A DNA stretch of 64,000 bases from a virus: positions 9,694 to 73,693 of IMG/VR virus record IMGVR_UViG_3300021197_001654. One strand, given 5' to 3'. A program made the position numbers and the translations under genes. The notes beneath the pieces were generated by a model, which worked only from the letters and a program-made list of their open reading frames with translations, did no database searches and had not been told where the DNA came from. Each line of letters begins with the position of its first letter. Position 1 is the stretch's first letter. Positions 46,960 to 55,740 of the stretch are shown here, piece by piece.

Positions 46960-46988
46960 AGACTATAGCAGCCTTACCGGTGTGTCAA
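46960..46988 (-). promoter_or_regulatory. Sigma70-like promoter TTGACA-17-TAGTCT with GGTAAGG in spacer
   Basis: Direct match; same spacer motif as 54963-54991. Confidence 0.65.
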
Positions 46989-47416
46989 GCGCTAAACTCT
47001 AACCGTGCCCATGAAGCCCAGTTATCTTCAGGCAGCACATGTATCGCCTGTACTTGTTGGAATCTATCTTCGTCAGGGCACCACGAATAAACATGCTTAC
47101 CCTCAGACAAGAAGCCATCTACGATCTGCGCAGTAGCTTTCCCTACAATTATGTCCCCGCACTCTGAGTACGCAGGCACGATAACGCCATGGAACATAGG
47201 TGCTCCACGATAGTCTTTCCCATGCGGTACGTCTCGGCACCAAGCCTTCCATCCGCCGAGGGCTGCCGACCTGGTGTCGTAGTCATCTCTTCCCGAGACT
47301 ACTTTAGTTTCCCAGCCGTCTTGCACTAGAGATCTACCGATCTTGGCGCACCACTGCTCTATCTCCCCTGGATCATCCGCTTTCGAATGCGCCAGGAACC
47401 ACTTTGATTGATTCAT
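46985..47416 (-). CDS. Hypothetical protein, possible TIR/NDT-like flavodoxin fold
   Basis: WFLAHS...VVSG...GVIV...GKATAQIV...GKHVY strand/helix pattern; GGAGAGG RBS. Confidence 0.6.
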   Translation of the reverse strand: MNQSKWFLAHSKADDPGEIEQWCAKIGRSLVQDGWETKVVSGRDDYDTRSAALGGWKAWCRDVPHGKDYRGAPMFHGVIVPAYSECGDIIVGKATAQIVDGFLSEGKHVYSWCPDEDRFQQVQAIHVLPEDNWASWARLEFSA

Positions 47417-47424
47417 ATCCTCTC

Positions 47425-50199
47425 CTATATGTCCTTTAGGCTGCGTCCGACTTCAGCCTCTGCAGTCATCGTAACTTCCCACCCAGGAATCGTCACGGTC
47501 ATGCATTCTTCAACTCGTTTGCGTGCAGCTTCCAACTCCGGCGGCAAAGGCTCACCCTCCACCGGCTTCCAGTCTGGTGGTAGATGGTCGGGTAACGGAA
47601 CCTCTACGGCAATTGAGTCATGGCACTGATGAATCATGCCCGTCCCCTTACCCGCGAAGTCAAACGCAAACTCATCAATGATAGCCTGCTCTGCAAGCCT
47701 CATGATCGATGACTCGGCCGCGAGTATCGGAAAGTTTACGACCTCGTTCTTCTTTCCATCTGACAGCGGGCCTGAGCGACGTCCGAAGACCGGCTCCTCC
47801 ATAAAGCCTTGCTGGCTGTACTTACTGAGCATCTGCGCCCAGGCGTCCTGCCACTGAGGCTCGGCTTTCAACCACTTATTGTGGAAGTGCCTCACCTCAC
47901 GAGGCTCGAATTTAAGGTAAGGCATTCGCCCGTCGTCAGTCTCGGTGCTTGTCAGTACCTGCCAGACTGTCATCGGGTCGGCCCAGTAAATCGACGCATA
48001 CCGGAACGTCTTCATGACGTCGCGCATGGCCTTAGCTTCGCCGCCCGTTGGCTTTCGGTCAAGGCTGAACCCATCTGGGCCCCAGCCACTGGCGTTCTTA
48101 AAATCATTACCAAAAACATCATAGGCTAATAGATTGTGGGGATCCTTACCTGTGTCGAAGCACTCAAGTAGTCGCGGTATCTGCCAATAGCACGCCGTGA
48201 TTCTGAGGTGCGCCTGGTCGAGGTCCGCGCCCACAAGTATGCGGCCCGGAGGAGCCGTAAAGATTGACTTAAGTCGGCCCTGACCCTTTCTGTTCCCAAT
48301 GTTCTGGAGGTTTGGCCCTGAACTGGATAGCCTTCCTACGCTGGTAACGTGAGCGTTCCATGTAGACCTCACACGACCATCGTCATGCACTAGTCCCTTC
48401 TTCGGGTCTTGGCTCCTACGCCTAAGCGGAACGAGCACGGTCCCGAGAATCTTATTTTTCTCTCTACGATAAAGTCGAAGCTCCTTTAAAAATGACTCTT
48501 GATTACTGCTCAATTGACCCGATGCGAGGTGCCCACGGATTACTGCATCACCTGTACCTGGAGCGCCTGTCTCCGTATAAAACTCATTCGTGCTCATCGA
48601 AGCCGGAATCCCGAGATTCCAAGACTCGTAAAGAAGCTTCCGAATCTGATCGACACTCCCAGGATTAAAGTTGCTGTCGACATACTTCTGCAACTCCTTG
48701 TAGCGCTTCTTGACCGAGATCTCGTACTCACACTCAAGCGAGCTTCGAAGCTCCTGGTCAATCCACACGCCGGATTTGTGCATTCCCACGCACATGTCTT
48801 GCGTTGCGTGATCAATTTCGTTTAGGTCCCAAGCCCTGCCGCTCGCCCAGAAACCAGGTTTAATTCCGTCATTGATTGGACGGAAGGCACCCATCTCAGT
48901 TGCCGCGTCGATCAGGGGTACCGTGATCCGTGCGTTTACAACCGTGTCGATAATGTTGTACCGAAGAAGTTCGGTGTCATCTTGGCTGCCCGTAGATATC
49001 TTCGTACCTTTCTCGGTAGTCTCCCAGCGCTCGACGTCAGTCAGTACTGAGCCGATAGTCTTCAGCCCTTTCGGAAGGTCAGGAGCCCGGAACCGAGCAT
49101 GAAAGAGAGTGTCGACCAACGGCGCAGGCGTAACGCCAAGCTGCGTCTCAACGACCATGCGGTCATAGTACCCAGCGTTGTGCCCCACCCACACGCGACC
49201 ATCTGTGAACGCGGCGCAAATAATCTCGCGTATTCGGCGTTCTTGCTCTCGCGGGTAGATTCGAGTGACCCCATCCGTTGAGAGAATGCCGACGCCGACA
49301 GCCCGGCAAACTTGCGCTGGCGGTTCCCGAGCAGCCTTGCCTTCGTCGTCAAGGTCAGGAATAGCGATAGCAATAGTGCGTAGGTTGCACTCTAAGGGCT
49401 CGATGCCGTCAGTCTCAACGTCATACACCCAGAACGGTGCTGGTTGCGCTAGGAACTCTTCGAGTTGCTCAGGGGTGGGGTTGAGTAGGGAGTCAGGTTC
49501 AAGCCAGCGCAGCGTATCGTTGAACCAACGTGTCGCTTTAGAAATGTCGGCCTCAATAACGGGTCGCCAGTTCGGCGCTCGCGTAACGTAATGAGGCGAA
49601 AACGTGGCCAGCATCTTCTTATTAGTGGGCTCTAAACTCCAGAGCCAGTCGTCGTCAATGTACATCGGGCCACCACGTATGCCGTGAATGCTACCCGACT
49701 GACCGGAAAGTGTTCGCACCGCAGTCTTACCGAACGCGATGAACTTGTCGTACTTACTGAGCACGTTGAGCAATCGAGGCCTGCAGCAGTCGGCCGGGTG
49801 AGGTAGCGGGTCTTCGCCCTTACTGACACGCTTCTTGTTTAGGCGATCTAATGACTTCTCCATCCGACCCCACGCGCCACCTACCTTTCCTGGAGGCTTA
49901 CACGCGATGACGTTGTCGAGGTCTACGTGCGACCGGTTCATTCCGGCAGTCGCCAGGAACCGCGACCACTCACCAGCGGCGGTCCCCATAACGGGTCGAC
50001 CGTGATTGATATCCTCTGCTCTAGGAGCTTCCCCGAGCGCTAAAATCTTAGCTCCAGGATGAAACTCGCCCATGACAGGACGCCACTCATCTTTCTGTAG
50101 CGCCCCGTTCGGGCCAAGAGGGCACTCATCGCAACGAGCACCGCATTGTTTTGGATTAGTATTCATAAGAAATAAGGCATCTATCTCGACCACCCACAT
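47425..50199 (-). CDS. polA: Family A DNA polymerase with N-terminal family-4 UDG-like domain and 3'-5' exonuclease
   Basis: UDG-like CDECPL, LGEAP; Exo I YDVET, Exo II HNAGYYD, Exo III YNIID; GRLSS.PNLQN; motif A DLDQAHLR; B RDVMKTFRYASIYW; C HDS. Confidence 0.93.
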   Translation of the reverse strand: MWVVEIDALFLMNTNPKQCGARCDECPLGPNGALQKDEWRPVMGEFHPGAKILALGEAPRAEDINHGRPVMGTAAGEWSRFLATAGMNRSHVDLDNVIACKPPGKVGGAWGRMEKSLDRLNKKRVSKGEDPLPHPADCCRPRLLNVLSKYDKFIAFGKTAVRTLSGQSGSIHGIRGGPMYIDDDWLWSLEPTNKKMLATFSPHYVTRAPNWRPVIEADISKATRWFNDTLRWLEPDSLLNPTPEQLEEFLAQPAPFWVYDVETDGIEPLECNLRTIAIAIPDLDDEGKAAREPPAQVCRAVGVGILSTDGVTRIYPREQERRIREIICAAFTDGRVWVGHNAGYYDRMVVETQLGVTPAPLVDTLFHARFRAPDLPKGLKTIGSVLTDVERWETTEKGTKISTGSQDDTELLRYNIIDTVVNARITVPLIDAATEMGAFRPINDGIKPGFWASGRAWDLNEIDHATQDMCVGMHKSGVWIDQELRSSLECEYEISVKKRYKELQKYVDSNFNPGSVDQIRKLLYESWNLGIPASMSTNEFYTETGAPGTGDAVIRGHLASGQLSSNQESFLKELRLYRREKNKILGTVLVPLRRRSQDPKKGLVHDDGRVRSTWNAHVTSVGRLSSSGPNLQNIGNRKGQGRLKSIFTAPPGRILVGADLDQAHLRITACYWQIPRLLECFDTGKDPHNLLAYDVFGNDFKNASGWGPDGFSLDRKPTGGEAKAMRDVMKTFRYASIYWADPMTVWQVLTSTETDDGRMPYLKFEPREVRHFHNKWLKAEPQWQDAWAQMLSKYSQQGFMEEPVFGRRSGPLSDGKKNEVVNFPILAAESSIMRLAEQAIIDEFAFDFAGKGTGMIHQCHDSIAVEVPLPDHLPPDWKPVEGEPLPPELEAARKRVEECMTVTIPGWEVTMTAEAEVGRSLKDI

Positions 50200-50255
50200 G
50201 CCTACCTGCTGGGCCCTTGGGGGTACAGGTAACCCCCTGGTCTATCTACTCAGCT

Positions 50256-50852
50256 TCAGCTAACGATACCCTGCGCGGCACTTGCGGGAGGTGGTAGCGA
50301 GACTCCAGCGGAGGGCACAGGAGCGCCGTTAGACACAGCAGGCTTAGCCTCTGGTGATGGTGCAGGCTTCGCAGGTGTCGCAGGTGTCGCTACCTTCTGG
50401 AGAGCCTCGAACTGCTTCCGGTTCAGCCACTTACCGATCTCATTGTACGATCCCTGTACGCCCTTCTGGCCGGGGATGAACTCGATATGAGCTTTGCGTC
50501 CACCATTCTGGGCCGTCAGGAACCAGTTAGTGTTGATTTCCGCAGCGCCTTCGATGTCCGACGCTGAGTACCCGAGAGACTCAAGTATTGAGCGGAGTAC
50601 CGCGAGTCGACCACGCAACTGCTTATCTGTGAGGTCCGTGAACAGCGCGCCTGTGTCATCGAATGGAAGACTCAGAAACGAGAACATCTTAAACCCGTTC
50701 TCAAATTGAATGTGAACTCGACGAGTCGTTGCCTTGTCTGTTGAGGCCCTTTCGATATTTACGACGCTGACCTCGTAGTAGCCCGCCTCCGGCGCCGAAG
50801 CCCCGAGAGCACTGATTCCTTGAAATGCGTTTCCTGATACTTTGATAGCCAT
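50256..50852 (-). CDS. Phage-type ssDNA-binding protein (DUF669-like OB fold)
   Basis: PEAGYYEVSV...YNEIGKW, Pro/Ala tail; follows Sak4-like gene. Confidence 0.6.
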   Translation of the reverse strand: MAIKVSGNAFQGISALGASAPEAGYYEVSVVNIERASTDKATTRRVHIQFENGFKMFSFLSLPFDDTGALFTDLTDKQLRGRLAVLRSILESLGYSASDIEGAAEINTNWFLTAQNGGRKAHIEFIPGQKGVQGSYNEIGKWLNRKQFEALQKVATPATPAKPAPSPEAKPAVSNGAPVPSAGVSLPPPASAAQGIVS

Positions 50853-50869
50853 GATGGCTCCTTTTGTTG

Positions 50870-51850
50870 TTAGTTAATTGGTGGTGGAGGTGGAAGATTC
50901 GGAGACGAATTACTCTGAGCTTCCTCGTTAGAAAAATCAAACATTGATTGAGTTGCCTGCTGACCCAATACGCCACGCGCAATGCCATCCTGGCAAGCCC
51001 AGCGAAGATGCAACCGATTGTCAGTCCGACCCGACACGGCTGACTTAATCGCTTCGGATACATCAGCCCCGCTAATGATATCATCTGCGACCGACTGAGC
51101 AACGTCATCTTGCCATTCGAGGCCTTCGATGCGGCTCAACTGGTAGTTGCTCTTGCTCGCGCGTAAGATCTCGCGAAGATTACCCGGAGTCTTCGCCGAA
51201 CAAGTTCCCGTGCGGTCACCGGTTACCCACTCAGGATTCGTCGGGTCGCAATAGTAGATGCTTGGGAACCACGGGTCCGGGTACGTAGGGTCCACCATCG
51301 CGCGAACGTTGATGTCGCACCAAGATGGTAGCGTCTCAATTTGATTCCTCGAAGGCACATCGGGGCCGCCAGGGCAGAATCTCCCCTCCGCGTTTGTGCC
51401 GGGCATCCGCTCGTGGAAATTCATGAGTAAGTGAACCCCCAGGTACCGAGACGTATGGGCCACCTCCAGTAAGTGCTGGTTTAGCTGCTGGTAGGGGTAG
51501 AACCTATCTTTCTTTCCGCTGCGGCCGGCGGGCGCATTCTCCGTCCACTCGAACATTGAGCGCTGGCACAAGTGACTAATGTCATCCACGACGAGGGCGT
51601 CATGCGATGCTTTGTCGCTAATCTCTGCAAAGCTCTTCAGCATACTGACGAGGTCAGTAAGATTCTTCGGTGAATCGGGGTGTACTGACGGACTAAACCC
51701 CAACTCATTCTGAGCCACAAGCGTAATCGCTGACGGCACCCCAAGGAACAATGCCCTGGGAAACGCAGCTAGCGCGTCACTCGTTTTCTTTTGTTTGGGT
51801 TTACCGTAGACTGTAATCATTACAGTCGGCAGCGGATCTGACTTACTCAT
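50870..51850 (-). CDS. AAA_24 / Sak4-like recombination ATPase
   Basis: ITVYGKPKQKKTS, LVVDDIS, NFHE, SWCD, GDRTG. Confidence 0.75.
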   Translation of the reverse strand: MSKSDPLPTVMITVYGKPKQKKTSDALAAFPRALFLGVPSAITLVAQNELGFSPSVHPDSPKNLTDLVSMLKSFAEISDKASHDALVVDDISHLCQRSMFEWTENAPAGRSGKKDRFYPYQQLNQHLLEVAHTSRYLGVHLLMNFHERMPGTNAEGRFCPGGPDVPSRNQIETLPSWCDINVRAMVDPTYPDPWFPSIYYCDPTNPEWVTGDRTGTCSAKTPGNLREILRASKSNYQLSRIEGLEWQDDVAQSVADDIISGADVSEAIKSAVSGRTDNRLHLRWACQDGIARGVLGQQATQSMFDFSNEEAQSNSSPNLPPPPPIN

Positions 51851-51859
51851 TGCTCTCTC

Positions 51860-52849
51860 CTAAATAGTCTTTGCGGCTTCGCCGTAGAAACAAAACTTAA
51901 TACCGGGGCACGCGCCGTATCTTCCGATGCACGAGGTCTCATGCTGAACCTTAGGCCAGTCCCAGAAACTGGGTGAATCTACCTCAAGCCGAGCCAGCCT
52001 GTGCTCATCGCGCCAAATCATCTCGGCAAAATGATTATCTCGGTGAGGTGTCGCAGGAACCATCGGACGCGCGACGCGCCAGGGAGCCTGAGTCTGAATC
52101 AAGTTAAGCCCCAGGCCGCCGAAGTCGCTGCCGTACATCTGCTTGCCCATGATTCGGAACGCCGCGAACCCACCATCGATTGCGTAGCCGTCGACATTCT
52201 TGTTCGCCTGCACGCGAGCCTGGTGCTTGTGGTCCCAGATAAATGTGCGTCCTCCGCGCTCTTTAGTAACCATGTCGAGACGTCTGGTCAGCGTCAGGGC
52301 AGCCCCTGAATCTGGGTGGCCGGGGCAATTTAGCGGTGACGGAATAATCACGCCTCCGTCCCAAGCCTTAACCTTTGCGGCTCGACGATTGAAACCTGTA
52401 TCCTCAGCGTGTACAACCCATAGACCCCACTGGTTGTCTTTAGTTCCGAGAACTGCAGTCACGGGGTACTCGACTTTAATCACGTTACCCGGAGGTTCGG
52501 GGTGTTTCGACATGTACCGCCTAAAGGTCTCAAGCATACGTTCAAGATGCTCATGCCCACCATTGGTATCGCACCACATCTCTACGGCTTCTTCAGGGTC
52601 GAGAAACACGGCGGGATCATCGTGCCATGTCTCATCGACCCAGACACCTTCGTCGGAGGGAGCCCCCCAGATTGCGTGCTGATGCGCCTGGAGGATGTGG
52701 CCCATGCTTCCACGAGTCAAAGCGTGAGCCGGAATCATCGTAAGGTCAAGCCGTTGCCCATAGGCGAACAACTGCGGACATCGGGAGAAGGTTCCGATAC
52801 GTGACCACCCACGGTCAGACCTTCCTGCGTCGATAAGAATCTTTCTCAT
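51860..52849 (-). CDS. PD-(D/E)XK Cas4/RecB-like exonuclease
   Basis: SRI.TF..CP, GSMGH, VE, RLD, WDHK, C-terminal C...C...C. Confidence 0.8.
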   Translation of the reverse strand: MRKILIDAGRSDRGWSRIGTFSRCPQLFAYGQRLDLTMIPAHALTRGSMGHILQAHQHAIWGAPSDEGVWVDETWHDDPAVFLDPEEAVEMWCDTNGGHEHLERMLETFRRYMSKHPEPPGNVIKVEYPVTAVLGTKDNQWGLWVVHAEDTGFNRRAAKVKAWDGGVIIPSPLNCPGHPDSGAALTLTRRLDMVTKERGGRTFIWDHKHQARVQANKNVDGYAIDGGFAAFRIMGKQMYGSDFGGLGLNLIQTQAPWRVARPMVPATPHRDNHFAEMIWRDEHRLARLEVDSPSFWDWPKVQHETSCIGRYGACPGIKFCFYGEAAKTI

Positions 52850-53019
52850 CCCGCAGCCTTCCGGCGTTGGTTTTCCATGCGGCTTTTTGCGCTTAGTGCA
52901 AGCTTCCACAGGCGTCGCTTCTGGGCCGCAATCAACACCTCTTGAGGATCAACTCCCTCTTTCTCCAGGAGCCTCCAGGGCACTCGCCTACGGTGAAGTC
53001 GTTCATCATCTAAATCCAT
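52846..53019 (-). CDS. Small basic protein MDLDDERLHRRRVPW...RRKAAG (57 aa), not in ORF track
   Basis: GGAGG RBS; coupled to both neighbours. Confidence 0.65.
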   Translation of the reverse strand: MDLDDERLHRRRVPWRLLEKEGVDPQEVLIAAQKRRLWKLALSAKSRMENQRRKAAG

Positions 53020-54944
53020 CACGCTACCTCCAACTTGCTGATAATGCTGCTTACAAGAGCGTCCTCGTCTTCCATACCAAGAAGCTTGTCGCCCAAGCCA
53101 TCAAGCTCATCGGCCTTAAGGAAGGACTCGATAGGGCCAAACTTGTCTACGAGAATCTGAACGACACGCTCGTCGTACGTTCCTTGAGCAACAACAACTT
53201 TAAGAAGCGTCGGGCTGCCTCCTAGACGGTCAAACCTGCCCTTCCATTGAAGGAAATCACCAGGCTTCCAAGGAAGCATCGCAAAGATAGCGAGGTTCGC
53301 CGTCTGCATACCATCAACTCCGGTGCCCACACTCTGCCCCGTAGCCACCAGGCAGCACGCCTCATCGCTGTTCCTGAAGGCATCAATCATCTGGTCTCGC
53401 TCAGTCTCAGACACACCGCCATGGGCCATCCACACGGGCACACCCTTCTGGGCCTCGTCCCCCTTGCTTAATTGTTGACGCAATTGATGGGCCCACAACT
53501 CAGTCTCACGCCTGCGCGCAGTAAAGATTACGACTTTACCGCCACCCTTTAGGCCCTCAATAGCCTCTTCGATGACGTACCGACGTTTACGCCCGCAGGC
53601 CTCGGCAAGTCTCGCCTCGACGACACGCTCTCGGCCCTCTGGCCGGGTCGCCGCCTCACGAGTCATCTGACGTACCGCTTGATTAAACGTTTGCTCGTCG
53701 CTAAACCGATCGGCACGATTAAGTTCAGTGTTACCCAGGTAATCTACCTGAACTCGCGTACTCGGAAGGCTCGAGTGCGACTCACTGTACGGAACTTCGT
53801 GTACAAAGAACGAGCACCTTGCTTTCAGTTCTTTGATGTTGGAATACCCGCTATCGTTCATGCCCCCGTAGGCGCCAGGCCGAGCATCGCAGTAGCGACT
53901 AGCAAAATTAGAGTAGCTGTGGGAGAACCCGCCAGGAGCCAGCAAATCAAGCTGTGACCACAGCCTTCGAGGGCGTCCATCATCCAAGGGTGTAGCTGTC
54001 AGTCCGATACGGAGGTCGATGCTCGAAATCCTCGACACTTCCATCATCGCAACTGCGCGAGCGTGGCGATTTACCTGTGAGTTAGGGTTCTTGCTCGCCG
54101 ATGTCTTCCGCTTCTCGAAACGCACACTACCATCGACGTTATGAATCGCCGTCCAGCGTTTACTGTTTCCATGCGTGTGAATCTCGTCCAATATGAGTAT
54201 TTCAGGGGCGATACCCCGGATAATCCCTATGTTATCGGCGATTGACTCCGCGCCGACCACGACAAACTTGCGTTGACCGGTTTCTGCGCACTCATCTACG
54301 TACTGACTAAAAGTTTTGTCCTTCTTACGGGTTTCAGCCTGAGGCTTAACGCGGAAAGGCGTAATGTTAGTGTACTCTTGGACCTGACTCCACCAGACGT
54401 GCCGGGCTTTAGCTGGACAGACCACAACAACGTCACCAGGACGCCCAAGAGCCGCCATAATTGCCCCGAGAGTCTTGCCTGAGCCACACGACCAGACATT
54501 CATGACGTATGGGCGGGAGTTTGCCCAGGCAGCCCCCATAAATTGATAGGGTGTTGCGATATCCGCAACGTGCGGACGCATTTCTTTCGTCTCGATAGCA
54601 TGAGTTACGAGTTGAACTCCCTTTCGGCGGAGATCGTCACGACTCTCAGCGGTGTTCGCCCACGGAGTTACAATTTGACGGCTAGTTGAACGGCACCAGA
54701 AGTTAACGCCGGCATGTTTAATCATGCTCTCGAATAACCAGGCTGCGTGCAGCGGTGACTTAACTAACCACTCGTCACGCTCACTTAGGAACTCAGGATT
54801 CGCGTGCTTTAACCGTACGTTACGTGTGTTAAACGAGCGTACGTAAACCATGCACCCCGGAATCAAAGCTTCTACTTGACTCATGAGTTCGATGTCGGAT
54901 TTAAATGTTCTAAGTTCGTATTCGAGTGTTGGTTGGTCGACCAT
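53019..54944 (-). CDS. SNF2-like superfamily 2 helicase
   Basis: GSGKT, VVCP, DEIH, LTATP, GTGVDG, QWKGRFDR. Confidence 0.9.
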   Translation of the reverse strand: MVDQPTLEYELRTFKSDIELMSQVEALIPGCMVYVRSFNTRNVRLKHANPEFLSERDEWLVKSPLHAAWLFESMIKHAGVNFWCRSTSRQIVTPWANTAESRDDLRRKGVQLVTHAIETKEMRPHVADIATPYQFMGAAWANSRPYVMNVWSCGSGKTLGAIMAALGRPGDVVVVCPAKARHVWWSQVQEYTNITPFRVKPQAETRKKDKTFSQYVDECAETGQRKFVVVGAESIADNIGIIRGIAPEILILDEIHTHGNSKRWTAIHNVDGSVRFEKRKTSASKNPNSQVNRHARAVAMMEVSRISSIDLRIGLTATPLDDGRPRRLWSQLDLLAPGGFSHSYSNFASRYCDARPGAYGGMNDSGYSNIKELKARCSFFVHEVPYSESHSSLPSTRVQVDYLGNTELNRADRFSDEQTFNQAVRQMTREAATRPEGRERVVEARLAEACGRKRRYVIEEAIEGLKGGGKVVIFTARRRETELWAHQLRQQLSKGDEAQKGVPVWMAHGGVSETERDQMIDAFRNSDEACCLVATGQSVGTGVDGMQTANLAIFAMLPWKPGDFLQWKGRFDRLGGSPTLLKVVVAQGTYDERVVQILVDKFGPIESFLKADELDGLGDKLLGMEDEDALVSSIISKLEVA

Positions 54945-54962
54945 GTGGACCTCTTTGACACC

Positions 54963-55037
54963 AGCGTATCGAACCCTTACCGCTACGTCAAGCCACTTAC
55001 TTGATTTACTCTTAAAATCGTGCTACCGTAACGGTTA
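54963..55037. promoter_or_regulatory. Divergent promoter pair with operator-like sites
   Basis: Minus: TTGACG-17-TACGCT; plus: TTGATT-17-TACCGT with TG; TTACC-gctac-GTCAA and CTACC-gtaac-GGTTA. Confidence 0.65.
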
Positions 55038-55045
55038 CCGGAGTT

Positions 55046-55357
55046 ATGGTACCCATGGTCACGACGAATAAATTTTCTCAAGCAGTCACTAAATACCGCG
55101 ATACCCGTAACTGGAGTCAGGCAGATCTCTCTCGAGAATCCGGACTAACTCAAGCGGAGGTAAGCCGTGTAGAGTCTGGTCAGCGGCTACCTACGATGCG
55201 AATTGTTAAGGGTTTATCTGAGGCTTTCGCGTCATCTACGAAAGCAAAATTCAACGAGCCTGTACGTTACGAGGCGTGGGTTGCGTATCTAGTTGACCTG
55301 GGTGAACGCGTTCGAATCGACGCCCGTAGCGGTCCCGGAAGATGGGCTAAGCGATGA
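55046..55357 (+). CDS. XRE-family HTH transcriptional regulator
   Basis: WSQADLSRESGLTQAEVSRVESGQRLP. Confidence 0.9.
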   Translation: MVPMVTTNKFSQAVTKYRDTRNWSQADLSRESGLTQAEVSRVESGQRLPTMRIVKGLSEAFASSTKAKFNEPVRYEAWVAYLVDLGERVRIDARSGPGRWAKR

Positions 55358-55740
55358 GCCGTAAATGCTTTCCTGTGTTTAAGGAGAACAGTCGGGTACC
55401 CGTGTGGCTGTCTAAAGTTTCGCCCATCGAAATAGGTGCGATTAGCCTGGCTCTGTTTGTGTTTTCTCGCGGTGAGATGACAAAGACTACCAAGCGCCAC
55501 GAGACAATCCACTACCGGCAGTGGGTCGAGCTTGGGTTCCTGGGCTTCTTAGTTCTGTACCCACTACTCTGGCTTATCAACCTTCTAAAGTACCGAGACG
55601 GGGCTGTAGCGTATGCTGAAATCGCATTCGAGCGAGAGGCTTACGGACATGAGGAAGAAAGCGGATACCTTTCAACAAGAAAAGCGTACGCGTGGGTGAA
55701 ATACCTTAGCGCCTCACACCCCAGATTTTTGGAGGAGTAA
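55354..55740 (+). CDS. HExxH zincin-like membrane-associated protein
   Basis: RHETIHYRQ, hydrophobic helix, FEREAY. Confidence 0.75.
   Translation: MSRKCFPVFKENSRVPVWLSKVSPIEIGAISLALFVFSRGEMTKTTKRHETIHYRQWVELGFLGFLVLYPLLWLINLLKYRDGAVAYAEIAFEREAYGHEEESGYLSTRKAYAWVKYLSASHPRFLEE

Noticed and set aside
47425-50199. DpoZ / Z-genome system
   Set aside because: No purZ, datZ or mazZ-like gene recognised in the window; cannot be excluded outside it
51860-52849. CRISPR adaptation system based on the Cas4-like nuclease
   Set aside because: No cas1/cas2 or array; the Sak4-SSB neighbourhood indicates a recombination exonuclease
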